Assembly: GCA_018818965.1 (NCBI GenBank)
Contig: JAHJQX010000024.1
Location: forward strand, 6,105 to 70,104
Direction: 5' to 3'
From: Patescibacteria group bacterium
GTDB taxonomy: Bacteria > Patescibacteriota > JABMPQ01
Length of the DNA stretch: 64,000 nt
Of the stretch, positions 37,446 to 48,253 are shown one piece after another. The position numbers and the translations under genes are program-made. Position 1 is the stretch's first letter. The number at the start of each line of letters is the position of its first letter. A model generated the notes under the pieces. That model did not search any database. It was not told where the DNA came from and worked only from the letters and a program-made list of their open reading frames with translations.

Positions 37446-38663
37446 ATGCCTAAATTCACTTACACCGCCCGTGATCAAAAAGGGCAAATAAAAAGGGGGG
37501 TGCTAAACGCAAACAATAAAAGTAGCTTGGCGGAAACTCTGCGTGATCAGGGTTTATTGCTAACCCAGGCAGAATCAGACTCAGATGGAAAAAGAAAAAC
37601 GCATAAAAACACCTCTTCTCTTTTCGGTGGAGTTTCGACTATTGACAAGATAATGTTTACTAAAAATCTGCAGGTGATGATCAAATCGGGACTTTCGATT
37701 CTACGCGCCCTTGATATCCTCAATCGCCAAACAGCTAATAAAAAATTCAAAAAAACTATCGGCGACATTCGCCAGAGCGTAGAGAAAGGGACTGAATTAG
37801 CTAGCAGTTTAAGATCATACCCCAAAATATTTTCTCCCTTTTTCGTTAGTATGATCAAAGTAGGTGAAGTTAGTGGTAAGCTAGAGGACGTATTGGCCGA
37901 ACTAGCTACTCAAATGAAAAAAGATCGTGATCTGATGGTTAAGGTGAGAAGTGCCATGATGTACCCCTCGGTAGTTTTAATGACCATGTTTACAGTAATC
38001 ATTTTAATGCTAGCTTTCGTTCTGCCTAAATTGACTGACATTTTCAAAGACTTCCAGGTAGAATTGCCACTCACTACCAAAATACTAATTGGTTTTTCTG
38101 AGTTAATACAATCCTACGGAATATTCGTCTTGCTGGGAGGAATTATTATTATTATCCTATTCGTCCTTTATTCTCGAACCAAGGGTGGAAGAGAGAAAAT
38201 CCACGCTCTTAACCTACGACTGTTTATTCTTGGTCCCATCCTCAAACAAATTAACCTGGCTCGCTTCTCTCGTACCATGGGCACTCTTTTGCGCAGTGGC
38301 ATCCCAATTGTTGAAGCTCTTAGCATCACTAGTGACGTTCTTGGAAATGTACATTACAAAAAAGTAATGTCAGATGCTGCCAACAAGATTAAAAAAGGAG
38401 TAAAATTAGTCGATATTTTAGAAGAAAGCAAAAAACTATTCCCCCCTCTAACTACTCAGATGGTTATGGTAGGAGAAGAGACCGGCACTTTAGATAATAT
38501 TCTCGAGGAAGTAGCTGATTTCTATGAGGGCGAATTGACCGAGACAATGAATAATCTCTCCTCTATCCTCGAACCAGTACTAATGGTATTATTAGGGTTG
38601 GGAGTAGGTATTGTGGCTGTTTCTATCGTTTCGCCTATTTACTCATTGATGGAAAATTTTTAA
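37446..38663 (+). CDS. pilC: Type IV pilus platform protein PilC/GspF
   Basis: Two T2SSF domains, 'GEVSGKL', 'AMMYP', 'GEETGTLD', 'LEPVL'. Confidence 0.93.
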   Translation: MPKFTYTARDQKGQIKRGVLNANNKSSLAETLRDQGLLLTQAESDSDGKRKTHKNTSSLFGGVSTIDKIMFTKNLQVMIKSGLSILRALDILNRQTANKKFKKTIGDIRQSVEKGTELASSLRSYPKIFSPFFVSMIKVGEVSGKLEDVLAELATQMKKDRDLMVKVRSAMMYPSVVLMTMFTVIILMLAFVLPKLTDIFKDFQVELPLTTKILIGFSELIQSYGIFVLLGGIIIIILFVLYSRTKGGREKIHALNLRLFILGPILKQINLARFSRTMGTLLRSGIPIVEALSITSDVLGNVHYKKVMSDAANKIKKGVKLVDILEESKKLFPPLTTQMVMVGEETGTLDNILEEVADFYEGELTETMNNLSSILEPVLMVLLGLGVGIVAVSIVSPIYSLMENF

Positions 38664-38675
38664 TAATTTTAAATC

Positions 38676-39995
38676 TTGTACAAAAACCACCGAGACAAGG
38701 GAACAACTCTGATCGAAATTTTAGTAGCCATTACTATTATTGGTATTGTTTTTGTAGCGATCTTCGCCATCTTCCGCATGGTGATCCAAAGCTCTGCCAT
38801 TAGTGAAGCACGCACCACTGCTACCGGCCTCGCTAACCAGCAAATGGAGATGATCCATAATTTACCCTACAACGATATCGCTACCACTAGCGGTTGGCCG
38901 CAGGGTGACATCCCTAGCACCAAAACTGAAGTCCTCAACAACATTACCTTTACTATCAATACTAATGTCAATTACGTTGACAATCCCTTTGATGACACAG
39001 TACCCATCGATACTCTAGGAGCCGACTACAAAAAAGTAAAAGTGGAGGTTTCTTGGGATAAATTTTATAGTGGTACGCCCGTTATTTTACACACTGACAT
39101 TTCATCCCGGGGCATAGAAGAAACCGAACAGCCAGGAGGGGTATTATACATCAAAGTCTTCGACGCTAATAATCAACCGGTAGCCGGAGCTAATATTCAA
39201 GTTGTCAACAATGATCTGAGCCTTAATTTTTCTGATACAACCAATAATGCTGGTGAGAGAGTATTTTACGCTCTCACTCCAGATAGTGGAGCCAATTATG
39301 AAATTCTGGTGACAAAGGGCGGCTACACTACTGACTATACCTCGGAGATTACTCCCGAAATGCCCGATCCCGATAATCCTCACCGTTCTATCTTTGAAGG
39401 ACAAGTGGAAACAGCCAGCTTCACAATTGATATTGTTAGCTCACTGACTATTAACACCCAAGACGATAGTGATCCTCCTTCCTCCCTGGCGAATATACCT
39501 TTGACCATCACCGGAGAAAGACGTTTAGGTCTAGGCAGTGAAAATGAGTTGGTGCCAAGAAATAAGTTCGAAGGACAACAAACTGATGGCTCAGGGCAGT
39601 TAACTTTATCTAATATTGAATGGGATTCATATAACATTACAGAGGAGGATGCCAATTACGATATTGCTGAAATAAACCCTCCCAACCCAACCAATGTCGC
39701 CCCCAATGAGAACCTAACTACTATCCTTACTCTAGTCAGTCACGCTGCTCATACTTTGCGTGTAGTTGTATCAGACAACAACGATAATCCTCTTGCCGAT
39801 ACCAGTGTACGCCTTTATGGTAATGGCTTTGATGAGACAAAGCAGACTAGTGCTGTCGGCCAAGTTTTTTTTACCCCTCTACAACAAGCAACCTATAATC
39901 TAGAAATAACCAAGTCGGGCTATATCAGTTTTTCCGATACAAGCGAAGTAGAAGAGCAAACCGTTAGAGAAGTAGTAATGGCGACACAATCATGA
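38676..39995 (+). CDS. Minor pilin (PilV-like) with C-terminal beta-sandwich repeats
   Basis: Class III signal KG|TTLIE; carboxypeptidase-regulatory-like repeats 'V.D....P..GA.I.V', 'Y.I.VTK.GY'. Confidence 0.8.
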   Translation: MYKNHRDKGTTLIEILVAITIIGIVFVAIFAIFRMVIQSSAISEARTTATGLANQQMEMIHNLPYNDIATTSGWPQGDIPSTKTEVLNNITFTINTNVNYVDNPFDDTVPIDTLGADYKKVKVEVSWDKFYSGTPVILHTDISSRGIEETEQPGGVLYIKVFDANNQPVAGANIQVVNNDLSLNFSDTTNNAGERVFYALTPDSGANYEILVTKGGYTTDYTSEITPEMPDPDNPHRSIFEGQVETASFTIDIVSSLTINTQDDSDPPSSLANIPLTITGERRLGLGSENELVPRNKFEGQQTDGSGQLTLSNIEWDSYNITEEDANYDIAEINPPNPTNVAPNENLTTILTLVSHAAHTLRVVVSDNNDNPLADTSVRLYGNGFDETKQTSAVGQVFFTPLQQATYNLEITKSGYISFSDTSEVEEQTVREVVMATQS

Positions 39996-40615
39996 AGCAG
40001 CTTCAACCCACTAAAAATCGATCGGCCGGTTTTACTATTCTCGAGATGATAATAGTATTTGGAGTTTTTGGGGTGGCTCTTGTTGTCACTACTTCCTACT
40101 TTTGGATGAGTCTGCGAGTGCAAAACAAAAGCGTTAAGCATATTGTGGCGCAAGACAATGCTCGACGAGCCCTGACTGCCATGGCCGGAGAAATCAGAAG
40201 TAATATGTACTCCGACGCTGGTTCTTATCCAATTGAAGTGGCCGAGGGGCAATCGCTTATTTTCTACACCAACATCGATGATGACGTTAACGCCGAAAGG
40301 GTGCGCTATTTTCTCGACGGCACTGACCTAAAACGAGGAGTGATTGAACCTTCGGGACAACCGCCAACCTATTCTAGTGTCAATGAACAAATCAATACCC
40401 TATCTAGTTACAACGCCAATGGGGTAAATGACATTTTTACCTATTATGATCGTGACTACGACGGGACAACTAGTCCCTTACCTTCCCCGGTAAATAAGAG
40501 TAAAATTAGATTGATCAAAATTAATCTTACCATTGACGTTGATAGCAATACCCCACCAGACCCGATCACTGTTACAACCGAAGCCCAACTTAGGAATTTA
40601 AAGGACAATCTATAA
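39992..40615 (+). CDS. Minor pilin (PilW-like)
   Basis: AG|FTILE prepilin motif; C-terminal 'LRN'. Confidence 0.82.
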   Translation: MKQLQPTKNRSAGFTILEMIIVFGVFGVALVVTTSYFWMSLRVQNKSVKHIVAQDNARRALTAMAGEIRSNMYSDAGSYPIEVAEGQSLIFYTNIDDDVNAERVRYFLDGTDLKRGVIEPSGQPPTYSSVNEQINTLSSYNANGVNDIFTYYDRDYDGTTSPLPSPVNKSKIRLIKINLTIDVDSNTPPDPITVTTEAQLRNLKDNL

Positions 40616-40620
40616 ACAAT

Positions 40621-42015
40621 ATGGTACGGCAACCTACTAAAACACAAACCGGTGGCATTCTGGTACTAGTAATAGTATTTTGCGCTGTCTTCATGGCTAT
40701 CGGCGTTTCCCTGATCCAGATTATGTCACTATTACATAAAGCTTCTTTGAAAAAACAAAATCTAGAACAAGCTTTTCAGGTTGCCGAGGCAGGTATAAAT
40801 TTCTACAAATGGCGATTGGCACACGAACCAGAAAATTATAGTGGGGGCGGCGCTGACTACGACTACTATAATATCGACGGCAATAAAATAGGGTACTATC
40901 ATTTAGAAATTGGCGAGCCACCTTTGGGTTCGACGGTGGTGACTGTTACTTCGACCGGATATACCGACAGTGACCCCAACCTCTCTCGTACTCTAGAAGC
41001 CCGTTTAGCTGTCCCCTCCCTCTCTGACTACGCTTTTTTGACCAACAGTAACGCCTGGATTGGTGAAAGTGAAGAAATAGTAGGAAGAATGCACTCTAAC
41101 GGGGGAGTGCGTTTTGACGGTGAATCTGATTCAACTGTAGATAGCCCACTCGAAACGTATATTTGTGGAACAGAGCATGGTTGTAATAACGAAGAGCACG
41201 TGGGAGTCTGGGGTACAGGGGAAATTCAAGAATTATGGCGTTTTCCTCCTACCCATCCTATTAACTCTATTGACTTCAACCAAATAATACTTGACCTGGC
41301 TGATATGAAAGCAGAAGCACAAGCTGACGGTACCTACTTAGGAGACTCTGGTGAATTTGGTTGGCATCTTGAATTCGACTATAATTCTTCTACTTTCAAA
41401 GCCTCAAAGGTGACTCAGGTACACCAGACTTATGGCTGGGACTTTACTGATGGTTGGCAGTGGCGCAATATTGATATCAAATCAGAAACGACAGCCCAAC
41501 AATATAATTTGCCGGCTAACGGTATTATATTTGTGGAAGACCAGGCCTGGGTAGACGGGGAAATTGACCAAAGGCTGACTGTGGCTTCCGCTAATTTCAC
41601 TGATCCAAACGTGGAAACTAGTATTATCATTAATGATGATATAGTCTACGACAATAAAGACGGTAGCTCAGCTATGGGATTGATTGCCCAAAAAGACATC
41701 CTAGTCCCCTTATACAGTCCCGAGAAACTAGAAGTAGACGCCGCTCTATTGGCCCAAGGTGGTCATTGTTTTCGTTACTATTACCCCGAGAGCTGGTACG
41801 GCCAAGATGCTAAGAAAGATCTAATCGAAATTTGGGGAAGTGTTATTACTAATACCATCTGGACTTGGAGTTGGGTTGATTGTGATACTTGTCCAGTAAC
41901 ATCTGGCTATATTGATACCGAAACAACCTATGATCCCTATTTAACTTACGGACCGCCACCGGAGTTCCCTACCAGTGGGGAATATGAGCTTGTTACTTGG
42001 CAGGAAGTAAAATAA
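40621..42015 (+). CDS. PilX-like minor pilin
   Basis: G|GILV hydrophobic helix lacking E5; 'QAFQVAEAGI'. Confidence 0.75.
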   Translation: MVRQPTKTQTGGILVLVIVFCAVFMAIGVSLIQIMSLLHKASLKKQNLEQAFQVAEAGINFYKWRLAHEPENYSGGGADYDYYNIDGNKIGYYHLEIGEPPLGSTVVTVTSTGYTDSDPNLSRTLEARLAVPSLSDYAFLTNSNAWIGESEEIVGRMHSNGGVRFDGESDSTVDSPLETYICGTEHGCNNEEHVGVWGTGEIQELWRFPPTHPINSIDFNQIILDLADMKAEAQADGTYLGDSGEFGWHLEFDYNSSTFKASKVTQVHQTYGWDFTDGWQWRNIDIKSETTAQQYNLPANGIIFVEDQAWVDGEIDQRLTVASANFTDPNVETSIIINDDIVYDNKDGSSAMGLIAQKDILVPLYSPEKLEVDAALLAQGGHCFRYYYPESWYGQDAKKDLIEIWGSVITNTIWTWSWVDCDTCPVTSGYIDTETTYDPYLTYGPPPEFPTSGEYELVTWQEVK

Positions 42016-42018
42016 CCT

Positions 42019-43101
42019 ATGTTCAATCCATTTAATAAAAGTAAAAAGGCCTTCGGCTTAGAAATAAGTGACTTTTCTTTAAAAGCTCTCTGGTTCAATC
42101 AAAAGAGACAAGGTTTAACTGTGGCCGGATACAACCGCTTGGATCTACCCAAAGGCTTGGTAGTAGAAGGAGAAATTAAAAAAAGTGACGAAGTGGCTAA
42201 TTTACTGCAACAGTTAGTAGAAGAAGCTAAGCCGCAAAAAATAGCTATTCCCCGCGTTATTAGCTCTCTGCCGGAAAATAAAACTTTCGTGCGCATTATC
42301 GAAATTCCTAAAATGACTCAGCAAGAAATATCGGAGGCAGTCCGATGGGAAGCTGAACACCATATTCCTCTGTCAATCAGTGATGTTTATTTAGACTGGC
42401 AAATATTATCAGAAAAAGATAGCAAAATAAAGTTACTACTAGCTGCTGCTGATAAGAAATTAGTAGAAGGATACGTGGACACCCTGGAGAAAGCCAAGCT
42501 TAGTCCACAAGCCTTGGAATTAGAGGCAGCTGCTGAGGGACGAACCTTGATCAAAGAGAATGAAACTACTAAACAGACTTATCTTATTGTTGATATCGGG
42601 GCAACCAAAACAATGTTTAGTATCTTATCATCTGAGGTAATCTACTTTAGCTCTAGTATCACTAAAGTATCAGGGAACTTTTTCACTAAAACAATTGCTG
42701 ATTGCCTCAACGCCAAAAAAGAAGAGGCGGAAAAAACTAAAGTTGCTTGTTGTAGCCCCCAAATATCTGAGAAAGAGCAAGCTGTCCTCGACGCTATTCA
42801 TCCCGCCTTTGATGAGTTGGCTAAAGAAATAGAAAAAATAGAACATTATTTTTTCTACAACTTTGACCAGACTAGTGATAAAATAAATGTTATTTTATGC
42901 GGTGGCGGAGCTGGACTTTTTGGAATTGCCCCTTATCTTTCTTTGAAACTCAAACAAAAAGTACGGCTAGGTGATCCTTGGCTTAATGTTCCCCTAACTG
43001 AACATCCCCCGTTAGCTCTAGCTCAGGCTTTGGGCTATACACAAGTAATTGGTTTAGCTCTACGCGGAATTAGACCAAATGAGTATACGACTCAATTATA
43101 G
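42019..43101 (+). CDS. pilM: Pilus assembly protein PilM
   Basis: GLEIS, 'WEAEHHIPL', VDIGA, LCGGGA, GLALRG. Confidence 0.9.
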   Translation: MFNPFNKSKKAFGLEISDFSLKALWFNQKRQGLTVAGYNRLDLPKGLVVEGEIKKSDEVANLLQQLVEEAKPQKIAIPRVISSLPENKTFVRIIEIPKMTQQEISEAVRWEAEHHIPLSISDVYLDWQILSEKDSKIKLLLAAADKKLVEGYVDTLEKAKLSPQALELEAAAEGRTLIKENETTKQTYLIVDIGATKTMFSILSSEVIYFSSSITKVSGNFFTKTIADCLNAKKEEAEKTKVACCSPQISEKEQAVLDAIHPAFDELAKEIEKIEHYFFYNFDQTSDKINVILCGGGAGLFGIAPYLSLKLKQKVRLGDPWLNVPLTEHPPLALAQALGYTQVIGLALRGIRPNEYTTQL

Positions 43102-43104
43102 ACT

Positions 43105-43665
43105 ATGATTACTATTAATCTCTTACCAAAAAGATTCAAAAGGAGGGCGGATATAGAAAGAATTAACCTATCTATCGTCGCTATGTTAATCTTGCTTTTT
43201 GTTATTGTTGGTTTGACTATCGAATTATTATTTGCCACTAAAAAATTCCTTAATGCTAATATTGAAACTTTAGAAAGTCAGCAACAGGCCTATGAAGATT
43301 TCTTTACTTCTGATGTCAATAAAGACATCAACGATAAAATAGTAAAAACTAATCAACTAGCTATCCAAGTAGGTAAAATACAGGCCGGCCGAACCAGCTG
43401 GTCAGAACTATTGACTGAATTAGCTATCGTCACCCCTCCCGAAATAAAGCTAACCGATATTCAAAGTAATATACTGAATAAATCTATCACCATCTCAGGA
43501 AGAGCAGAAACTCGTGACCGACTTTTAGACTACAGTAAAAGTTTAGAAAGCTCCGATTATTTTGCTAGTGTAGACTTGCCTTCCTCCTACCTTAGCAGTC
43601 CGACTGATATTTCCTTTGAAATAAAAGCAAATCTGTCTCTAGCTACATCATCAGCTGGAGATTAA
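43105..43665 (+). CDS. pilN: Pilus assembly protein PilN
   Basis: INLLP motif, TM, 'I.G.A...LE.S.YF..V'. Confidence 0.88.
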   Translation: MITINLLPKRFKRRADIERINLSIVAMLILLFVIVGLTIELLFATKKFLNANIETLESQQQAYEDFFTSDVNKDINDKIVKTNQLAIQVGKIQAGRTSWSELLTELAIVTPPEIKLTDIQSNILNKSITISGRAETRDRLLDYSKSLESSDYFASVDLPSSYLSSPTDISFEIKANLSLATSSAGD

Positions 43666-43672
43666 CAAAGTT

Positions 43673-44296
43673 ATGAAACTCACCAAACAAAAAATATATA
43701 TTGCGGTTGTGGTTATCGTTGTTGCTTTGATAGCGATAACTGCTTTTCTAGCAGTGCCCCTGGTGCAAGATATTTATTCTCTGACCGCTGATCTCCAACA
43801 AAATAGAAACGAACTGGCAGCAGCTGAGGCCAAAGGAAAAAATCTTAAACAGATCAAAGACAACCAGCAGGTAACAGAGACTAACTCCAAAAAACTGGAT
43901 CAAACACTGATTTCTCGTGATAATACCCTCGATCTTATCTTGCCAATTGAAAAAATTGCTAGTAAAAATAACGTCGAGCAAAAAATTGATATTGTGAATG
44001 TGGATCCCGATGAGGGGAAAAAGAGTAACAGCCAGAAAGAGGAGGAAACCAACTATGCCCTAAAGGACATTCCTTACTTGTCGATCAACATCAGCCTAAA
44101 AGGAGAATTTAAAAACATCGCTTCCTATATTCTGGACCTGGAAAGTATCGGGGTGTATACCGACATTACCAACATCACCATCAGCGCTCCTAAAGCCACT
44201 TCCAGTACCTCTAATAAACCAACGGCTGAAGACGGGAATGCCACTGATGGCCGACTGAATGTCGGTTTACAATTACGAGCTTTTACTAGTGAATAG
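43673..44296 (+). CDS. pilO: PilO-like protein
   Basis: TM, coiled coil, 'ISLKGEFKNIASYILDLE'; synteny. Confidence 0.75.
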   Translation: MKLTKQKIYIAVVVIVVALIAITAFLAVPLVQDIYSLTADLQQNRNELAAAEAKGKNLKQIKDNQQVTETNSKKLDQTLISRDNTLDLILPIEKIASKNNVEQKIDIVNVDPDEGKKSNSQKEEETNYALKDIPYLSINISLKGEFKNIASYILDLESIGVYTDITNITISAPKATSSTSNKPTAEDGNATDGRLNVGLQLRAFTSE

Positions 44297-44305
44297 AATA
44301 TTTAT

Positions 44306-44605
44306 ATGAAACTAAGAGTAGACCAACTGCGTCAATTAAAAAAAGAAATGGTCCCATACTTGAAGGGGCATGTCGAACAAGTGGTTATAGCCAGTATTTT
44401 AATTATAGTTGTTATCGGAGCAACCTACAGTTCGTTGCTTTTTTACCGCTTTGCTTTAAGTTCCAAAACAACAACCACCGAAGTCGCTACTAAGATAATA
44501 AAGGTGCGAGTGGAAGAAGAAACCCTACAAAAAATTGATGCTGATAAAAAAATTGATCAAGTCTTACAAGAAAAGCTGGAAAAGGCCAGGGATCCTTTCA
44601 AATAA
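44306..44605 (+). CDS. Truncated PilP-like membrane protein
   Basis: TM helix and terminal RDPF motif; last gene of the pilMNO run. Confidence 0.55.
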   Translation: MKLRVDQLRQLKKEMVPYLKGHVEQVVIASILIIVVIGATYSSLLFYRFALSSKTTTTEVATKIIKVRVEEETLQKIDADKKIDQVLQEKLEKARDPFK

Positions 44606-44622
44606 ACGACTGATCTATAAAC

Positions 44623-44658
44623 AAAAACTACCGGACATACATCGGCCGGTAGTTTTTT
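44623..44658. terminator. Bidirectional terminator
   Basis: aaaaactaccgg/ccggtagttttt. Confidence 0.75.
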
Positions 44659-44699
44659 ATTACCTCAGAGCCACAGCGACGGGGACTAAGCTTGCCAGC

Positions 44700-46562
44700 T
44701 TAGTGATCACTATCTTTGCTATAGCCAAAACCGCGCCAGAGCATTTTTTTGTCTTGAGAAGAAAATGAGAACAAGAAGGTGTCAAATGATTCTAGATAAC
44801 TTCGTTGAGTTGCGTTCAACTTTAGATAGTCAGTTAAATCATCAACATCAAAATAAAATATATTTTCGCTGCGCCAGCTAGCAGCTTCGCCGTAAGAAAG
44901 ACTGAAATGCCTTTTGTTAACCAGCAGCTTTCCAGATGTTTTAGAATCGCTAGCTATTAGTAATTTCTTTAAAGATTCAAGTGAAGTGCTGGCTAGTAAC
45001 TTATCTCCTAAGATAATATAGGAAATATTATCACTTAGGCTCTCGCTAGTGACACTCCGTACCGTCATACCTGCAAAATCCATGTCAGCGAACTGAAAAG
45101 CCTCTTTATTGGGTAACAGCTCCTGAGCTTTACTACCATCAGAAAGAATAATCTCCTGAGTGACAGGATAAACTGAACCCAAATAATTAGCTACCGCTTC
45201 CTCAACTACTGCCATCTGGGTTTTTACTTGTTCCCCATTTTTAAGTTGAAAAACAAAATCGTAATTAGTCTGACCGTCGCTGTGATCGAGAGCAATCAAA
45301 TACTCATCGTCGAGATACTTTAACAAATCATCTTGTAAATTAAGGCGAGACTTCTCTTCGATGTTGCGCTGGAAATTATTAAGGTGGAATTCCACCGTTG
45401 GACTTTTTTCCGTTAGATCTTGTTTGAATTCCGTTAAATCACCACTGAAATCGTTGCCTGTGATAAATCCAGAAATATCAGTAGGCAAATAATTGATTAA
45501 TTTTTGGGAAATTCTCTGGCCAGTATGACTATCTTGACGTTGAGCTGTTATATCAAGCAATAAGCCTCCTTCTTTGGCTTCCATGGTAACTAGGGCATCT
45601 TGTACATCAGCCAACATCAGCTCCCACAACACTGACATATTATTAGTTGAAGGAATATGGGCTGATAATTGAGTTGGTTGTAAGTAAAGATACAAAAACT
45701 TCTCTCGCAAGGTTAAAGGATTAAAATTAGGTAGATTAGTTGATTGCGCCAGAGTGATATATTCCTGTTGGTTAGTTTTAATAACTGCCTGGAGATGACT
45801 TTGGCTCTGACTGATAATCAAGTAGTCATCGAGAAATAAGCAATGGACTAGTAAGCTACCGTCCTGGCTATTAATACTAATAATTTCCTCTCCTTGGAAA
45901 TCCTGGCGAGTAATCTCAGTTCGATAACCGATTTTTCGCAAAGCGTTTTCAGCTGCTGGCTTGTCAAACAAATCAACAATAAACACCCAGTTTTCGGTAG
46001 TAACTACTTCCCCGTTTTCGTCATCATTATCGCCGCTAGCAGGGAAATAACTAAAATAAAGATTGCGACCGAGAAATGGCTTAAGGTCGGTAGCAAACTT
46101 GACGCCTAGCGGCTCCATTTGTTGGTCAATAAAACTAGTGCCCTTCCTAATTACAGTGTCGTGTTGCTTGGCCAAATCAGCTAGAGGTTTATTTTTCTGC
46201 TCATCAGGGAAAAGAATACCGGCGATGTTAATTTGTCCATAAATCAAAGCATCATTCGGTACTAGAGCAGCGGCAGTACTCTGGACAGCAAAAAGTTGCC
46301 AATAGAGAAGGCTGCCGATAACCACTAAGCCCAACACCCCAACCAAAACAGCTAGCAATCCTTTGTAAAAATTATACGCTACCGATCTCCCTCTTTTTTT
46401 CTCTTCCTTAATCTTCACAACATTTTTAGCAGGCAAGGAGCGCCACCGACTAGAACGATTGCGAATATCATTAACCTGAGGCCCGGATTTAGTCAAATCT
46501 TCCTGACTTTTCTTCTTGCGACTATGCCCAACTGTAATTTTAATTTTTTTCTTTCTGCTCAT
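44700..46562 (-). CDS. DUF3352-like membrane-anchored protein (paralog 2)
   Basis: Basic N-terminus, TM, 'AALVPNDALIY', 'DLKPFLG', internal duplication. Confidence 0.65.
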   Translation of the reverse strand: MSRKKKIKITVGHSRKKKSQEDLTKSGPQVNDIRNRSSRWRSLPAKNVVKIKEEKKRGRSVAYNFYKGLLAVLVGVLGLVVIGSLLYWQLFAVQSTAAALVPNDALIYGQINIAGILFPDEQKNKPLADLAKQHDTVIRKGTSFIDQQMEPLGVKFATDLKPFLGRNLYFSYFPASGDNDDENGEVVTTENWVFIVDLFDKPAAENALRKIGYRTEITRQDFQGEEIISINSQDGSLLVHCLFLDDYLIISQSQSHLQAVIKTNQQEYITLAQSTNLPNFNPLTLREKFLYLYLQPTQLSAHIPSTNNMSVLWELMLADVQDALVTMEAKEGGLLLDITAQRQDSHTGQRISQKLINYLPTDISGFITGNDFSGDLTEFKQDLTEKSPTVEFHLNNFQRNIEEKSRLNLQDDLLKYLDDEYLIALDHSDGQTNYDFVFQLKNGEQVKTQMAVVEEAVANYLGSVYPVTQEIILSDGSKAQELLPNKEAFQFADMDFAGMTVRSVTSESLSDNISYIILGDKLLASTSLESLKKLLIASDSKTSGKLLVNKRHFSLSYGEAASWRSENIFYFDVDDLTDYLKLNATQRSYLESFDTFLFSFSSQDKKMLWRGFGYSKDSDH

Positions 46563-46565
46563 AAA

Positions 46566-48242
46566 TTAATCTTCTTTAACTGATAGGAAGCCTTCGGCCC
46601 AGCCGCCTTCATTAGAGCTTTGGCTCAAGAATCCCACTCCCCGTAGTCGTCGATACTCATCCTGGAGCGTATCATATTCTAAATAGTTGAAGTTATCCAA
46701 CCAGGTGAGAGAGTGAGGCAAATTAAGATACACTAAACGGGTAGCTTTCTCAGAATTAATTTCCTGATAAGTGTTGCGGAAAATTTCATTTTCAGCTAGG
46801 ACATCTCTCGTCGTACCCTCAGCAGCGTCAACCAAACTACCGAAAGCTTTCGGACCAGTAGCTATAATTATTTTATCTGTTAATACAGCGTAGTAGATAT
46901 CAACTTTAATGCTGGCTGGCAACTTGGCCAAGCGATAGGGCACATTTTTGTATGTTTGGTCAATAAACCCTACTTGTCCTTCGCCCTCCTTGACTATTTT
47001 ATCATTAATCTCTCGAACCGCCAATTCTTCAAGTTTCTTCATTTTGTCTTCGGCCTCTTCTCTCTTCTCTCTCGCCAATATTAGTCCAGCTGACAATCCT
47101 TTCTCTTCTTTTTCCGGGAAAATAGCAAGTCCATAACGCCCCTCTAGCATAGTAAAAATATCTTTGTCTAAATCTAAGCCAAGCTGCAAAGATATCCCCT
47201 TCTTAAGTAGCTCAATCTTAGCTTCACGTTCTTCCTGACTAAGCCCTTCCTCTGAGCTTACCAATAGACGCTCGGCTAGAGATTGAATCTCTTGCCCTTC
47301 CCAATAAAAGGCGGTGTTGGCCGGGACACTGTTCGCCAGATCAGGTTTGAAATCTTTCTTCTTTTCATACGATTCATTATCTCCGCCCAACAAGGTAGTC
47401 ATCTGTATCCCATTGTCCCGAGCCTTAAATACAATACCCATATTAAAACGACTGTCACTGGAAATCTGCCCCAAGAAAGGGATATTTATCTGGTCACTAA
47501 GCTCGGTAACTTCTCGTAGGCTTTCTACCAGATCAACAAAGGCAAAAACAGTAAAATCATCACCTTTCAGTTTTCTTTTTATGCGCCGGTAGACTCGGTC
47601 AGAGGACAAAGACTTATTGCGCCCGATGACCGTATCAATCATCATTTTAATGCCAGCGGGATCTTCTGAAAATAGCAAGAAATTCTCATAAAAAGCATAA
47701 GCCATACCCTCTTGGCTACTTTCAATATAAACAATTTCCGTCCCTCGAAATTCTTCGGTACTGACTACACTGCCTCGCTTTTTGACATTCTCATTGATAG
47801 TACCGAGAATATCTTTGGCTTTAACCAAGTTCTTAATTTCAACAACGTGAGCTGATTTATTTTCACGGCTGCTCAATTTTACCTTACTGATAACTAACTT
47901 CTCCCCTAGCCATGATTTCAGATCGCCTTCTTCAATTTTTAAGTTGTCTTTGGAGATGCCTCGGAAAAATTGTCCTTCGATGTAACGCTTGAATATTTCC
48001 TCATCGCCTAAATTAATTGCTAGTTTATCCAAAGCGTTGTTTTGCTCAGAATTTGGGTTGATATCTATCAGCAAGAAGGTAATCGGGTTCTCAGGGATAA
48101 AATTTTCCGGCTTAAGACGTCGAAAAAATTTATAATAAGATATTAGACCCACCACCAACAAAACTGCCACCGTCATTATACCTAAACGCAGCCAGAATTT
48201 CTTCTTCTTCCTTTTTATTTCATTTCTACGGCGTTGAGACAT
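46566..48242 (-). CDS. DUF3352-like membrane-anchored protein (paralog 1)
   Basis: Basic N-terminus, TM, 'FIPENPITF', 'DLKSWLGE', 'VPANTAFY'. Confidence 0.65.
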   Translation of the reverse strand: MSQRRRNEIKRKKKKFWLRLGIMTVAVLLVVGLISYYKFFRRLKPENFIPENPITFLLIDINPNSEQNNALDKLAINLGDEEIFKRYIEGQFFRGISKDNLKIEEGDLKSWLGEKLVISKVKLSSRENKSAHVVEIKNLVKAKDILGTINENVKKRGSVVSTEEFRGTEIVYIESSQEGMAYAFYENFLLFSEDPAGIKMMIDTVIGRNKSLSSDRVYRRIKRKLKGDDFTVFAFVDLVESLREVTELSDQINIPFLGQISSDSRFNMGIVFKARDNGIQMTTLLGGDNESYEKKKDFKPDLANSVPANTAFYWEGQEIQSLAERLLVSSEEGLSQEEREAKIELLKKGISLQLGLDLDKDIFTMLEGRYGLAIFPEKEEKGLSAGLILAREKREEAEDKMKKLEELAVREINDKIVKEGEGQVGFIDQTYKNVPYRLAKLPASIKVDIYYAVLTDKIIIATGPKAFGSLVDAAEGTTRDVLAENEIFRNTYQEINSEKATRLVYLNLPHSLTWLDNFNYLEYDTLQDEYRRLRGVGFLSQSSNEGGWAEGFLSVKED

Positions 48243-48253
48243 AACGCACGATT

